Shown: positions 45,449 through 58,700 of the stretch, one piece after another
Layout of the letters: every line of letters starts with the position of its first letter
How positions within the stretch are numbered: position 1 is the stretch's first letter
Assembly (NCBI RefSeq): GCF_002571385.2
Contig: NW_019217789.1
Location: 656,916 to 720,915 of the forward strand
Direction of reading: 5' to 3'
Length of the DNA stretch: 64,000 nt
Source of the DNA: Stylophora pistillata
Lineage: Eukaryota
The notes under the pieces: generated by a model
The model's input: only the letters and a program-made list of their open reading frames with translations
The model's database searches: none
Told to the model about the DNA's origin: nothing
Made by a program: the position numbers and the translations under genes

Positions 45449-48164
45449 TAAAAAGATTTAAATAATAAGTGTTTGGGCTTCATTGTTTGAAGAAAAAAGC
45501 TTTAATTCTTCTACGTTATTGAACAAGGGTAAGGCCAATACGGCGGATTTTCGTTGGTCCATGGCCAATATTCAAAGATAAGGACCAAGAGGGCTTGGTC
45601 AATAAAGGACTTATTCTATGGGAGGAAGACGATGAAGATTATTCTTTATTAATTCCCTAAATTAGTCGTGTTTTTTGTTGTTTCGAATAGTCATTGGACG
45701 TGCTCCACGGTTTCCATTGCTGTGAAAACTGCACTTCATGTAACCGAAAAACTACGAAATAAGTGAACAGCTTCAAGCACATTGTTTTTCTTGTAGCTAA
45801 TTCGGTTCGAATTATCTTGTCCGCTCGTTGGATTAGCGTTTTTCAACAATCTTAACTCGTGTTTGCTGAAAACAGCCGGCAAATGCCTTATCTTATTTTG
45901 TTCAAGATGTAAGATTATATCTTGGCTAAAATAAAACAATGATTTTTCACATAGCTTAAAGTCTTATATTTCTTGAGAATGTTTTAGGGGTTTGGTATGC
46001 TTGGTGTTACCCTTAATAAATCATTTAGTTTACTGCTTAACATTCCAAAAACATTTACGAGATCCTCAAATAGAGTTTTGACGTCTGGGTCAAGATGCCG
46101 GAAAAAATTGGAGATTAGCCCCTTCAAGGAAAGCTGAATTATTTACGTCCTGAATGGTTTTTCTACAGAAACTGAGAGAAGTTGGTTTTAAGCGTCACAG
46201 CATGGCTGTTGTAGCAATGTGCCCTCTGCCTGCTTTATTGCTTATGATAAAAAAAAGTAGAGAGCTGTGATAACACAGAAAAGCAGATAGATTAACATAT
46301 AAGACGACAGAGAGCGAGAAAGTTCCTAACCTGTATTGAAATTTTATTTGCAGTGAAGTAGGCAAACATGAAAAGCGCAAGAAAGAAAAGTGAAAAATGG
46401 CGGTCTACGTCACGACACTGCTTTTTAAGTAAAGGATCCGAAGATTTTTCCTTATCTGAAATCTCATCCCGAAAACAATCCAACGATCTTAGCAATCAGT
46501 TGGGCTCCTCTAGAGAATAGGGAATAACTTTTAAATACAAAGTTGCTTTATAAAATCATATGCCAGGTAGGGAAGATTCTGAATAAACCGAATGCACTGA
46601 TGCGATTAAAAGACACTCACACGTAGAAACAACTCTTATTTTGCTTTTATATTTATCAAAAATTTGCTACAAATTATGCTTGTTGTCATCATGAAAAACA
46701 ACCCTAAGAGGAAGCTCCGGCAATAGCGAAATAAATTAGACATGTACTCGAATTTTTCTCTGAGGCAATTTTCCTGTTTGAGTTGGTTATCCCAAGTGTG
46801 AAAAGTTTTAAAATGCCGAATAAGAGAAAAAGTAATAAGAGGCGGATAAGGTTGATTCAAGTTGAGTTGGATTCGAATGAGGAAAAAATTTCCATGACAA
46901 GGGTCCATTATGACTTTCCTTTGATTTACATTGTGTCCATCAAGTACGTTCACTATGTTAACAGTATATATATATATATAAATAGTATCATTTAAGGGCC
47001 CCTCCAGAGAATTTGTTGCTAATTTGCCCTTTCGGGCTCCAGAGGCCTTGTTTTGGGATTTTGTTACGGTTTACAGTTGTAGTTAAAAATGGCCCTTCCT
47101 TTTTTTAATGCTTGCCGCATTGCTTCTTTGCAATTGGTTACGCCACTCATTAACATATTTAGTATTCTTATCTCTTAGTTTTTAGGGTTTGTTTCTTGTA
47201 TTTTGTCCATTGCTTNNNNNNNNNNNNNNNNNNNNNNNNNNNNNNNNNNNNNNNNNNNNNNNNNNNNNNNNNNNNNNNNNNNNNNNNNNNNNNNNNNNNN
47301 NNNNNNNNNNNNNNNNNNNNNNNNNNNNNNNNNNNNNNNNNNNNNNNNNNNNNNNNNNNNNNNNNNNNNNNNNNNNNNNNNNNNNNNNNNNNNNNNNNNN
47401 NNNNNNNNNNNNNNNNNNNNNNNNNNNNNNNNNNNNNNNNNNNNNNNNNNNNNNNNNNNNNNNNNNNNNNNNNNNNNNNNNNNNNNNNNNNNNNNNNNNN
47501 NNNNNNNNNNNNNNNNNNNNNNNNNNNNNNNNNNNNNNNNNNNNNNNNNNNNNNNNNNNNNNNNNNNNNNNNNNNNNNNNNNNNNNNNNNNNNNNNNNNN
47601 NNNNNNNNNNNNNNNNNNNNNNNNNNNNNNNNNNNNNNNNNNNNNNNNNNNNNNNNNNNNNNNNNNNNNNNNNNNNNNNNNNNNNNNNNNNNNNNNNNNN
47701 NNNNNNNNNNNNNNNNNNNNNNNNNNNNNNNNNNNNNNNNNNNNNNNNNNNNNNNNNNNNNNNNNNNNNNNNNNNNNNNNNNNNNNNNNNNNNNNNNNNN
47801 NNNNNNNNNNNNNNNNNNNNNNNNNNNNNNNNNNNNNNNNNNNNNNNNNNNNNNNNNNNNNNNNNNNNNNNNNNNNNNNNNNNNNNNNNNNNNNNNNNNN
47901 NNNNNNNNNNNNNNNNNNNNTGGGAGCTGATCCTAATGTTGGTTCGTAAAATGACGTCATGACCTCACGTTTGATATGCAGTGCAAATCATCCTTGGTTC
48001 CAAGTTCATTTCCATTTTCCCTTGCGTAAAAGAGAAATTTTTAACTGCATGAAAAAAGAAGGATATATTATATAGTCATATAAATTCTGTATACGAGGGA
48101 AACCCTGACCCTGTACACCCCAAGTAATCATACTTAAATAGAATAAATGTTTGAAAAGAAAATT

Positions 48165-48236
48165 TGCCCTGAGCGGGATTTGAACCCACGTCCCCCTGTT
48201 ACTAGTCAGGTGTGATGACCACTACACTATCAGGAC
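48165..48236 (-). ncRNA. tRNA-like unit (pseudo-tRNA, Thr(AGT)-like anticodon loop)
   Basis: GTCCTGA..TCAGGGC acceptor stem, A box TAGTGTAGTGG, T arm GTGGG-TTCAAAT-CCCGC, anticodon arm CCTG-ACTAGTAA-CAGG (irregular), followed by TTTT. Confidence 0.65.
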
Positions 48237-48532
48237 AACCATGCTGGCAACACGGCAATCGAAGATGTGATTTACGTGATCGGAGACGTGGTCTCCCGGG
48301 AAACTTAATTTTCAAGGTGACAGGGTAGGGGAAGCCTATAACCCCATATGACACCCAACAAAGGATCTATTAAAGTTGACTTCGGTCGTGTATCTTTAAT
48401 AGATCCTTAGTTGGGTTTCATATGGGGTTATAGGCTTCCCCTACCCTGTCACCTTGAAAATTAAGTTTCCCGGGAGACCACGTCTCCGATCACGTAAATC
48501 ACATCTTCGATTGCAGTGTTGCCAGCATGGTT

Positions 48533-48604
48533 GTCTTTATAGTGTAGTGGTTATCACACCTGACTAGTAACAAGGGGACGTGGGTTCAAATCCCGCTTAG
48601 GGCA
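48533..48604 (+). ncRNA. tRNA-like unit, mirror copy (more degenerate)
   Basis: Same layout as 48165-48236 with substitutions in the acceptor and anticodon stems. Confidence 0.55.
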
Positions 48605-49724
48605 AATTCTCTTTTCAAACATTTATTCTACTTAAGTATGATTATTTGGAGTGTACAGGGTCAGGGTTTCCCTCGTATACAGAATATATATATGTATATA
48701 TATCTCTCATTTTTAATATCCCGAGTTTTTTGGTTGAGTTTTTACAAAAGAAGTCTTGTTTCTTTTTATATTTAAAGTAGACGCAAACTGCAGTCGTTAA
48801 GGAATTTAAATTGGCTTCCCTTTGGCTCCAGATGTAACGAGAAAAAATTGTGCTCAAATTAGACATCGAAATCTCCCAATTATCTATGCTTTATGAACAC
48901 AGAGATTGTTTGGAGCAGATGCACTAAATATCTATTTTTCCTTCCAATGAACGTTTTGCTTCCAAATGTTTATCAAAATAAAAGCCTTAAACAATACACT
49001 GAAAATGCATAATATCATTTCTCCGTTATCGTGTCGAATTTCCATAGGTGTCTTCCGCAAAATGGAATTATTAGTTTACCAACTTTTCACACTGTATTCA
49101 CGCCCGCGCAGGTGCTTTTGCATAACTATATTAATTGTCGAATCACACCGAGATATATTTCGCAACGTGTTCTCTCTCAGCTTGATGTTAAGTCTAGCTT
49201 TTGGTTTCGGTAACTCTATCATTTTCTATAGCCCTTCATTTTATAAACAGGATTTGCACACAACTTTAACAACCCTACTAACGCACATCCCCAATATGAA
49301 TTAAAGCAAACAAACTCTTTCTCGGTCATGAATTTAAATTACCGTCAAGTTTGAATAATTCAAACTAATTTACAACTGCCATCGAGACGGAAAATTGGAT
49401 AAATTGGCCCATGCGCGCTCCATTCGAATTCGTTTATTTTCCTCCAACTAAAACAAATCTACATCTGTCTTCTTTTTGTTTTGCTGACACCCAACACCTT
49501 ATACTAATGCAAGCTTATTTCCAAGGAGATTTCGTTCAAAGTAATGGAACTGGAGTCGATATACGATGCCATTTGGATCAGAAAGCTTCTAGCACCTTCC
49601 TCAGAGCTTTTGTAATGAATTGGCAAACTCTTAGAGAGTTTAGCTCGAAATATGGAGGTTCAACAATACTATAATACATGAAGCTGATACATTTTGTTCA
49701 TCACTGCCAGTAGCATCAGCGAAT

Positions 49725-52700
49725 ATGAAAACAAAGCTTCTTATGGCCTTAATCGTTGCTATTTTCAATGGTCTTTTCCATCGTCTGTCAACTTCTGAAG
49801 AAATAAGACTAGGAGCTCTGATAGCGTGGAATGGAACTTGGCCAGTGGGACCGAGAATGGCATCAGCGTTGCTTGTTGCCTTTGATACGATAAAGAACGA
49901 TCTCAACCTGCTGCCAAATTAAAACTTTACATATTACTGGCAAGATAGCGCTTGTGATACCGGTGCCACGCTGAGATCCATGGTCGACTTACAAGCGAAG
50001 AAGCCACCAATTCATGCCTTTCTCGGGCCAGGCTGTTCTGTTGGATGTATACCAGGTGGTTATTTAGCAGCGTACTGGGAAAAGCCTATGATATCATTTG
50101 CTTGTGGCGAATCTGCGCTTTCAGATAAAAAGAAATATCCAACATTCGTTCGAACAGTTGGAACGTACGCACAAACCGGAAAGTTTTTTCTGAATATTAT
50201 GCAAAAATATAGCTGGAGTCGTGTTGGGATTCTAGCCTCCACAGAAAGCCTATGGTCGCAAGTTGCTAATTTTGTGAGAGACGAAATTGATGGTAGCACA
50301 AGCGGGAAATTCACTGTCGCTTCTTTTCACGTATTCAGCCCCGGTATTACGACCGATGAGCAATTCAAAAATATGTTGAGTTCTGCGAGAGAAGAGGCAC
50401 ATGGTGAGTAGGTAGTACTTGTGTCTGCATGAAAAATTTTTCTAGAAGTATTTATCTCACGAAAATCTGCAAAAAGGCAAAACATAGGGTAAACTCAACC
50501 TATAAGTAGTTTTATCACTTTAAGACGAGGAATTAATTACTATAATATCATTGGTTGTTGAAGGTTATTTCAGTTATACCTTTGCAATGTTTTGTTTTGA
50601 TGCTTTTTGTCAGAGTTAGTAGAGGGGACTGGGTCCCCTCTACTAACACTGTTTTTGTGTTAGATAGGTAGGTATCTTTAGGGATTAGTTAGATCTATTA
50701 AACCCTTCTTATTCCAAATCGCCTTTGTTAGCAATAAGCAAGAAATTTTAAATGCTGAATCACTGCAAACAGATTACACGACGTTGAAATATTTTCTAAC
50801 ATTTTCTTTTTGATCCTTTTCATAAGTCAACGTTCTAAAGATCCTTTCTCAAAAGATACAATTATCTTTTCGTAAGGTCAATCCGCCATTATATTATTCT
50901 TTCGAACAGCTGATTTATTCAAACGATACGCATCAGATATTATTCCTCAATATTCCATTTTTTTTCTGACCTGTACTCACGCAAAAAAAATAAATCCTTA
51001 TGCTCCCTCGTTTCTGCAGTTTGATAAAAGATATATTCTTTCGTACCGTCTTCATTCGTTTAGATTATTGATAAAAGAGTAAAAGTCGGTATCATGCTAT
51101 CTTAATAGATCGGTGAGCAAATATACTCTCGGTTTGTCCTCTAGTATTTCATTCAAATGTAAATAGAGTGCGTCATGCCAGCCCATTTAAACCATAAATG
51201 CAACCGAAAAAAACAGACTGCAAAGCCTGTTTCCAAATCCAGGCCAACTGCAAAATTAAGCTAAGGCTCCCCAGTACAGCGTAGCAGATGCTTTAGAGGA
51301 AAGCTCCAAATTACGTCTTTTAAACCTAAATAATATAGGCAAACCACAGGAGGTGAAGTGCATGGAATCTGAAGTCTATTGTTACTTCCAAACTAACCCA
51401 AGAATCGAGCAAATAACATCAATTTCGAGGAGAAAGCCCGATTTTGTGCAGGAAATTCATTTTCAGTAGGTCGATCGTTAATTTTTCTGGTGGGTTTATG
51501 CGTTCTGCATAAAAAGGCAATCGATCACAAAAGAAGAATACGGGTGCATATTATCAAAACAATGTCACGCTTAAGGAGTTTGCATGTCAAAACATAACTA
51601 ATACGTGACCAATACTAAATATAAAACAGTATAGACTAACCGGTGTCGATTAGTTTCTATGAGTGTTTATAACTAAGGATATCATAAAAGAGAGTCTAAC
51701 TTTTGTTCGAGCCATCGAGGGTCGAGGGTCTTATGTCGAGGTCGAGGATATTTAGTCGAGGGTCCCTTTTTTTGTTTTTCTTTTTCGCAGCCCATGTTCC
51801 TAGTCGAGGGTCCCTTTCTTCTTTTTCTTGGCAATAGCGGAAAATACGAGTCATCGCATTGCGTGAGACCGGATGTTGACGTTGTTACGAAATCGAGGCA
51901 AACTAGTTCTGTTAAAATAAATTGAAGTTGTTCGGAGTAATTTTTGACATTGTTTTATCATTTAGTAGCGGTAGTGCATTTTTTTTACTGATTACTTTCA
52001 AATTCAATAACTATTTTTGTTGAAATTGAATTACCCACCCTTTTCTATTATTGAATCACTTATTTGTTCATTGGAGGTGACGAAAATTTTCCGTTTTTCC
52101 ATTCAGGGGAGGGTGCAGCTACACGTTGGCTAAAATAAANCTTCTTCAGGGAATACTTTTTCTTCGTGCAGTTGTTTATCTGCACAAAATGTTAAAACCA
52201 GAATGGTGGAAAGTAAACAACAAAGGTATTCCTTTGAATATCGCGTGACGTTTGTGGTAAAGATATGCGTGTACGTACTTTCTAGCGGAAGTTCTTGGGT
52301 GGTGGTTTTGTCTAAATTTTCAGGCAGACTGCCTCCATAAGAGTATTGACACTTATCAATACAAATGTGGTATCGTCAAGGCATATAAAAAGAGAAAAGG
52401 CCTTGCTTCCGGTTCGTGTTCGTCGCTAAAACACGACGGACAATGAAAATACTTAAGGGCTGAGGGCGAGCGAAGCACAAAAAAAAAATTTTCGCGAAAG
52501 GGAAAATTGAATGAAAAAAAAAAATCCATGCACGCCAGTTAACCCTGAAACATATCCATGCTAGGACCAAAAAAGTTCATACGAGAAATGATAACGAATA
52601 AAATTCCCGCATTTCGAAATGTGACGTTCAAGATCGCATTTGAACTCAAGTCAATTTATTTTAACAGAACTAGTTTTCCTTGATTTCGTAACAACGTCAA

Positions 52701-55700
52701 CATCCGATCCCACGCAATGCGATGACTCGTATTTTCTATCGCCAAGAAAAATAAGAAAGGGACCCTCGACTAGGAACAAAAAAGGGAATCTCGACTAAAT
52801 ATCCTCGACCTCGACATAAGACCCTCGACCCTCGATGGCTCGACCAAAAGTTAGAACCCATAAAAGAAAATCTATATTTTACTGACGGAAACTCGTTTCT
52901 TGACCAAGTAAATACTGCAAGGAAACTGAACCACAACAATTCGAACTAGAGGTGGGGGTGGTAATGATGGGTAAATGTACTTATGAAAACATTCCTTGAA
53001 CCATAAAGTCATTAGGGTTAAAGTTGTTTTGAGGCGGACATTATATGACAAATGGATGATGGCATCTAAGACGCCACGTAAAAGGAAATTGAGATGAAGA
53101 AATATTTAAGAAAGATGACATCATGATGTTGGTTGATTAACAAACGTCAAATGATGTCTTTGGTGTTCTTTAGCTGATTATATGTTGATCCACAGTCATT
53201 TCATTGAGTTTTAAGCCCTTGCACAAAGAATATCTGAGAAATTTGGAGCATTTTGTGAATGTATTTTATAAGGCGGACAATTGTTANTTGTCCACATTTG
53301 TTTTTTTTCTTTCGTAACTAAAATCCAATTCTTCGCTTGCGCGATGCGAGAAAACCTGTTTAACCGGTACTCTACAATAGACGAGTACAAATAGCGCGGG
53401 ATATTTGTAATCGTCTATGGCGTTATTTGTACTCGTCTAGGTTTAGTTGGATAATAAAGATACATATTTTTAGTTTAGATTAGACGAAATTGTAGCCCAC
53501 CCGTGCTGCCCAGATGGAAACAGACACCAGGGAACAGTTAAGAAAATTATATCGATAATGATGGAGCTTTTTATTCTAACAGCATTTCCGAGAGTTTAAT
53601 AACTCAGTCCCAGTCATTAATATACAAAATTATAACAAAAAAAAGATTTACAGACAGATTTACGGCATTCTCTACAAAAGCAAAGCCACAACAGGGTATA
53701 ATTTCTCTTCTAAGGCCTCCCTCTAGGCAAGAAGTTATAGTTTCATCTTGTTTCTTTGCATATTTTTCTTTGTTTTGTTTTGTTGTTGTTGATGTAGTTA
53801 TGTTTTTCATAACTTTTTATGCAACACATTCTCTTCATTACTTAGTTTTTATCCTTATTGGCTATGGAAACTCGATACGGCAGATCATGTTAAACCTGCA
53901 CGATTTAGAGATGATTTCGACAACATACGCCTTGTTCACCTTTGAAATCACACCCGAAAACTGTAAGGGGAACGACGGAAGGGACAAAGAAGCTTGTGAA
54001 GCATTCGAAGGCCTCATGGACATTGCTAATTATGTTCCAGTAAATACGGCATACAAGAAGTTTGAGGAAAAAGTTCGACAGAAAATGCCTGAGTTCGCTG
54101 GCTTAGGATATCAGATGCCACAGCGTGATGAGGTAAGAGCTGAGGATTAGTGAATTAATTGGGTCAGTGGTAAAATAAATTCATTAATCAATATACACTT
54201 ATCAGGCGCCGATAATTTTCGTTTTCGCTGCGAAGTTGGCTAGGGAGGAATAAAATTTGCACTCAGAATTTTGTAATATAAACATCGTGAAGTAAATAGT
54301 GAATAATACATGGGCCCGTGTACACATGGAATTTCTCTTCCAGTGTTATTTGCAGGTCTGTACAGCACTCTTAGATTCGCATAAGCGAGGAGTAAACAGG
54401 TTTCAAGAACATGAGTTTTCATTTCGATATATAACGGATAACAAAGATGAACCAATGTGTAATACTCCCAGGGATTTCATCTTATGCTGAGTGTTTGTCA
54501 ATATCCCCTGTTCTTCAGGTGGATATCTACGCGGGTTTTCTCCATGATGCAGTGGTATTGTATGCTCGAGCAGCCCATGACCTTTTACGAGCTGGAGGAG
54601 ACCTTGCGGATGGAGAAGCACTGATCAAGCGCATGACAAACAGAAGCTTTGAGGGTACTTACATGTGATGCGACGTAACTTTCTTTTCATGATGTGGCTG
54701 TCATCCTCTATTTTCGAGATGAATTGTCTGTGTGTATTCTCTTGTTCTGTGTTCGTTGTGTTGATCCACAGCTACCGTCTAATTTAAATACTTTTTATCA
54801 CGAAGATTAGTCAGTGAGTAAGTGATCAGTTTTCTTAGTCAAAAATTTCATCTTCCTGCCCAAGAATGTCGACTGGAGCCACTCTTGAATTGAAACACCT
54901 AAAAATTAGTTTAAGATATCAAAATGCATTGCCCTAACTTTGCGCTGAATCTGCTATCTTTCTTTCAATTATCGTGACTTCATAGCTGCCGGGTTCCAAG
55001 GGTGATTGGCGAAGCCATAAAGAAAGAGCAACCGAGCCCTAAAAAAGATGCTGCGAAGCCAGAAGTTGAAGGAGAGCAAGTAGCTCCCCTTCCTTTTCTC
55101 ACAACTTCGCTACTTTCCATTTCAGTTCTTCTTCCTTCATTTCTGAAGGCTTACTTAAAATGCTCGCGTTGAGTAGGCATGATGTTTCGTCTCGTGCAGG
55201 TGTTTCTGGGCTAGTTTTTATAGATGAAAATGGGGATAGAGCGATCACCCTCCAAATGAAGAACTTTCAAAATGGCAGAATGGTTCGTGTTGCAAACTAC
55301 TTTCGGCACTCCGAAGAACTCGAGTTCATAAACGCAACGACTCTTTGGCCAGGAGGGTCTGTAGTTGCTCCATTGGGAAGACCTAAGTGTGGCTTTAACA
55401 GAGAATTCTGCTCGTCTCCAGGTATGACAATAACAACGATTACCCGTATTTAAAACAACAGTAATACAGTAATGTTTGTCAATGAATTTTTTAAATTTTC
55501 CCAAAATTAACATGATACAGACCGACAAGCTTCACAAACAAATCGAAACTTCTCAACCATTTGTATCCTGATTATATTTGAATAAGAAATAATAAGAGGG
55601 TTACTCATTCTATTTTTAGTCCTTCCTTAAGGAAGTCGTTTTGTCCAAAAACTTGCCCATTTTGCCCTTTTGACTAAGTAATTATTAGCTGTCACAACCT

Positions 55701-58700
55701 TAGCACAAGGTGCACGCGGCCGCAAATTTTCCCTTAAATACGATAAAACGTTTGACAAAAACATAATCCAAACTGGATCATTTGAGCCGCAAATTTTTCG
55801 TTACTAGACAGGGCATAGCGGTTGTGTTTACCGTCTTGCTTCGCTTTAAGCCATCTTTAAGCTTTACTTTCCAACTTTAATTGGAAAGTAAACGCATCTT
55901 TGAGCGTTTCCTATTGAGAAACTAAGTTTGATGAAAAGTTTATCTATGTATAAATTTAATCCGTCATCAAGCTTTTATGTTATTCCTTATTAATGAGTAT
56001 CTTATCGTTTTATTTGCTAGTGATTTGGAGGATCGCTGTTTATGCACTCTCAGCCTTCACTGCTCTTATAATTTGCATGGGTGTTCTTCTTGTTTATTAC
56101 AAGTAAGCAGTATATTATATATAGGAACTTATCGTATGATTGAATGATTCGTAAAGTAATTTTCTGCTTATACTTTGTAACTGAATATATTCATGGAAAA
56201 TTTCTATCGGTCTGTTAGTTCAAAACGCTTGACATGCTAATCGATGTCACCCACAATAAATTTAAAAATACCTTTCAATTACTACGGACCCGTCACCTCT
56301 TCTATTTAGGTGATAAAATACTAATATGCTGCAAATTTCGATCCCAATGTACTTTGCTCTTCCGTCAATAGAGTGGCTGGCCTTATCATGATACTTACTT
56401 TACATTTAGGAGGAAAGCATTTGAGTCGTCACTTCAGAGCCAACGTTGGAAAATTTCTTCGGCAGATATAAACTTTACAAGAAAAGCTCTGGATGGAAGA
56501 AGCATGGTGAGAAACAATCCCTGAACACATTTTTATCTTTTATGAAATACAAATTAGGGTTGTCACCTACCGTTCTAAGAACGCGTTTATATCCTCAGTC
56601 TTGTATGTTTTCACTATCCCTTTGCCAAGATTAAAGAAAGATACAGGGTCAAGATCGCACTTATGACTTTACATTTGGCATACTGTCTGACACCAACTGT
56701 TTATATTGGACGTTTTCCCAAAAAAAGTGTGGCCCAAAAATAACTCACGCAAAGGAAAAGGCGTGAGATTGCCTTGTGCAACCATCAGCAATCGGGTGCA
56801 AAAAAAAACTCTTCCAGTACCGCTTTTTGAGCGTGCGTCAATTTAGACTTTACTGTAGCTGTTAAAGAAGATATGGACGGGCTTAAGTAATTAAGTTATC
56901 TCTATTATGAACATTGTAATGTTTTTGGCAGATCTCAACATCTAGCATTGGCTCTGGTGACAGCAGTATGAATTCGAGAGCCTTAGAGGAAGATGAAATA
57001 AGAGGACAAGTATTTACAAAAGTGGCAATTTTTAAGGTTTGTTATATATTTCTCGAGGACTGGAATTAGAAAGGTGCCCGGTGAGATACTGAAATAATAA
57101 TTCCCCATCTCAATGATTTGTTTCCATTTTAATTCTTTAGTCCACAGTGGTAGCAGTTAAGAAGCTGAGAAAGACGCACATAACTTTGTCAAGGACAATT
57201 CTCATGGAATTAAAAGAGGTAATCCGCTGTGTACCACAAACATTTAAAGTGCAGCACAACAAAATAGTCATAAACGGCCAACAAAGATTGAGTGTCCCAT
57301 AAACAGCCACCCAAAAACACGACACCAGCTGTCGTCGTAAACCTGAGACAACAGACAAAATTTCAGCTTATTTTCAGGATGTGGTTTCGTAAAAGGTTTA
57401 AAACCCTCTCCCCAGCGTGAATGGCCCTTGACAAAGTGCAGAGATCGGTCAATTTAGATAGTATCGTAAACCACGTGCGCACGTAAAATGGTCGTCTTCT
57501 GAAGGAAAGTAATCCGTGAACAAACAGAATTCCAATTCACTTCCGTGGGATCACAACAATAGTATATTGCCCTATTCCATTCGGAAATTTGGAAGAGGGG
57601 CTCCCTTCAAATGACGATTTCACAGTCGTATCTAACATCAAATCTCTTCCTTTGCAATATAATTTCTTGAAGATCTCGAAAAACAATCTAATTTTCCTTC
57701 CACAAGAAAATTGAAGTTCAAAACATGTGAACTTTAATCACTGCTCTTCACAGTAGTGTATATCTTACATAGGTTTACGAGCTTCAACATCCAAATATCA
57801 ATCGATTCATCGGTGCGTGCATGGACTCGCCAGATATATGGATTTTAACACAGTACTGTAACAAGGGAAGTCTGCAGGTATATTTTAAAGGAGTGAGGAC
57901 AAAGACACGATTTTAGGGTCTCTCGTCTACACACGCTTTTTGATAATGTTAATGGCTAATCATAAGAAAAGACTTAGCTATCTACCATTGGTGTCGATTA
58001 CTTGCTTTTTATTCAAGAATTGCTTTTCTAAAAGTTTCGCTAACCTGACTAACAACAACATACGTAAACCATTAATACAAAATCAGATTTTGCATGAGCC
58101 AAAGGTGCAGTTCCATCAGGACGATAGCCATGATGATATAAAAAAGTAGCATAACCTCGATTGAAACTGAAGCTAGGCCTTTTGCTCATCACAGGCCGAA
58201 TCATGTAATGCGTTGGGAGTCCAAAGTACAGAGCTCCCAAGGTGCGAAGGAGAAAAATAATTCATGTAATCACTTTACTACGCTAACCTGATCTAGTAAG
58301 CTACGCCCAGACCGTGTAGAGAATCTTCCTTATTTGCTCCATTAAAAACATATCATTCGCCAATCTCTCTTTCAGGATGTTTTGAATAATGAGAAGATGA
58401 AGCTTGACTGGATGTTTAAAATGTCCTTTGCATCCGATATCGCAAGAGTAAGAACAGATGGCATATTAGTGCCTAAATCTAGCAAAACAAAAAACAAGTA
58501 CAAGAGAAATACTTTGACGCTGAAAACCCTGCCTCGTTTTTATAATTCTTACCAGAATAAGAGTCTAATTTGTTGTTAGGAATGCTTATTTTTATGGCAG
58601 AGATATGAAAAACGAAATGTTTACTACTCATATCTAAAAGATTGAGGTTCATCACTGCTGCTGTTTTAGCCTTCGTTTTTGCTTCTGTTTATGACAAATG

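Larger units (their letters stand above)
48084..48685. mobile_element. 602-bp foldback element with two outward-facing tRNA-like units
   Basis: 292-bp arms at 48084-48375 and 48394-48685 (12 mismatches by manual count), 18-nt spacer containing GAC-TTCG-GTC; flanked by TA-rich sequence. Confidence 0.88.

Noticed and set aside
48165-48604. Two genuine tRNA-Thr genes
   Set aside because: Irregular anticodon stem, mixed isotype features and location in a mirrored repeat point to pseudo-tRNA units.
51710-51815. Spaced GTCGAGG repeats as a CRISPR-like array
   Set aside because: Irregular spacing, mirrored at 52745-52858 as a TIR; eukaryotic context with no cas genes.
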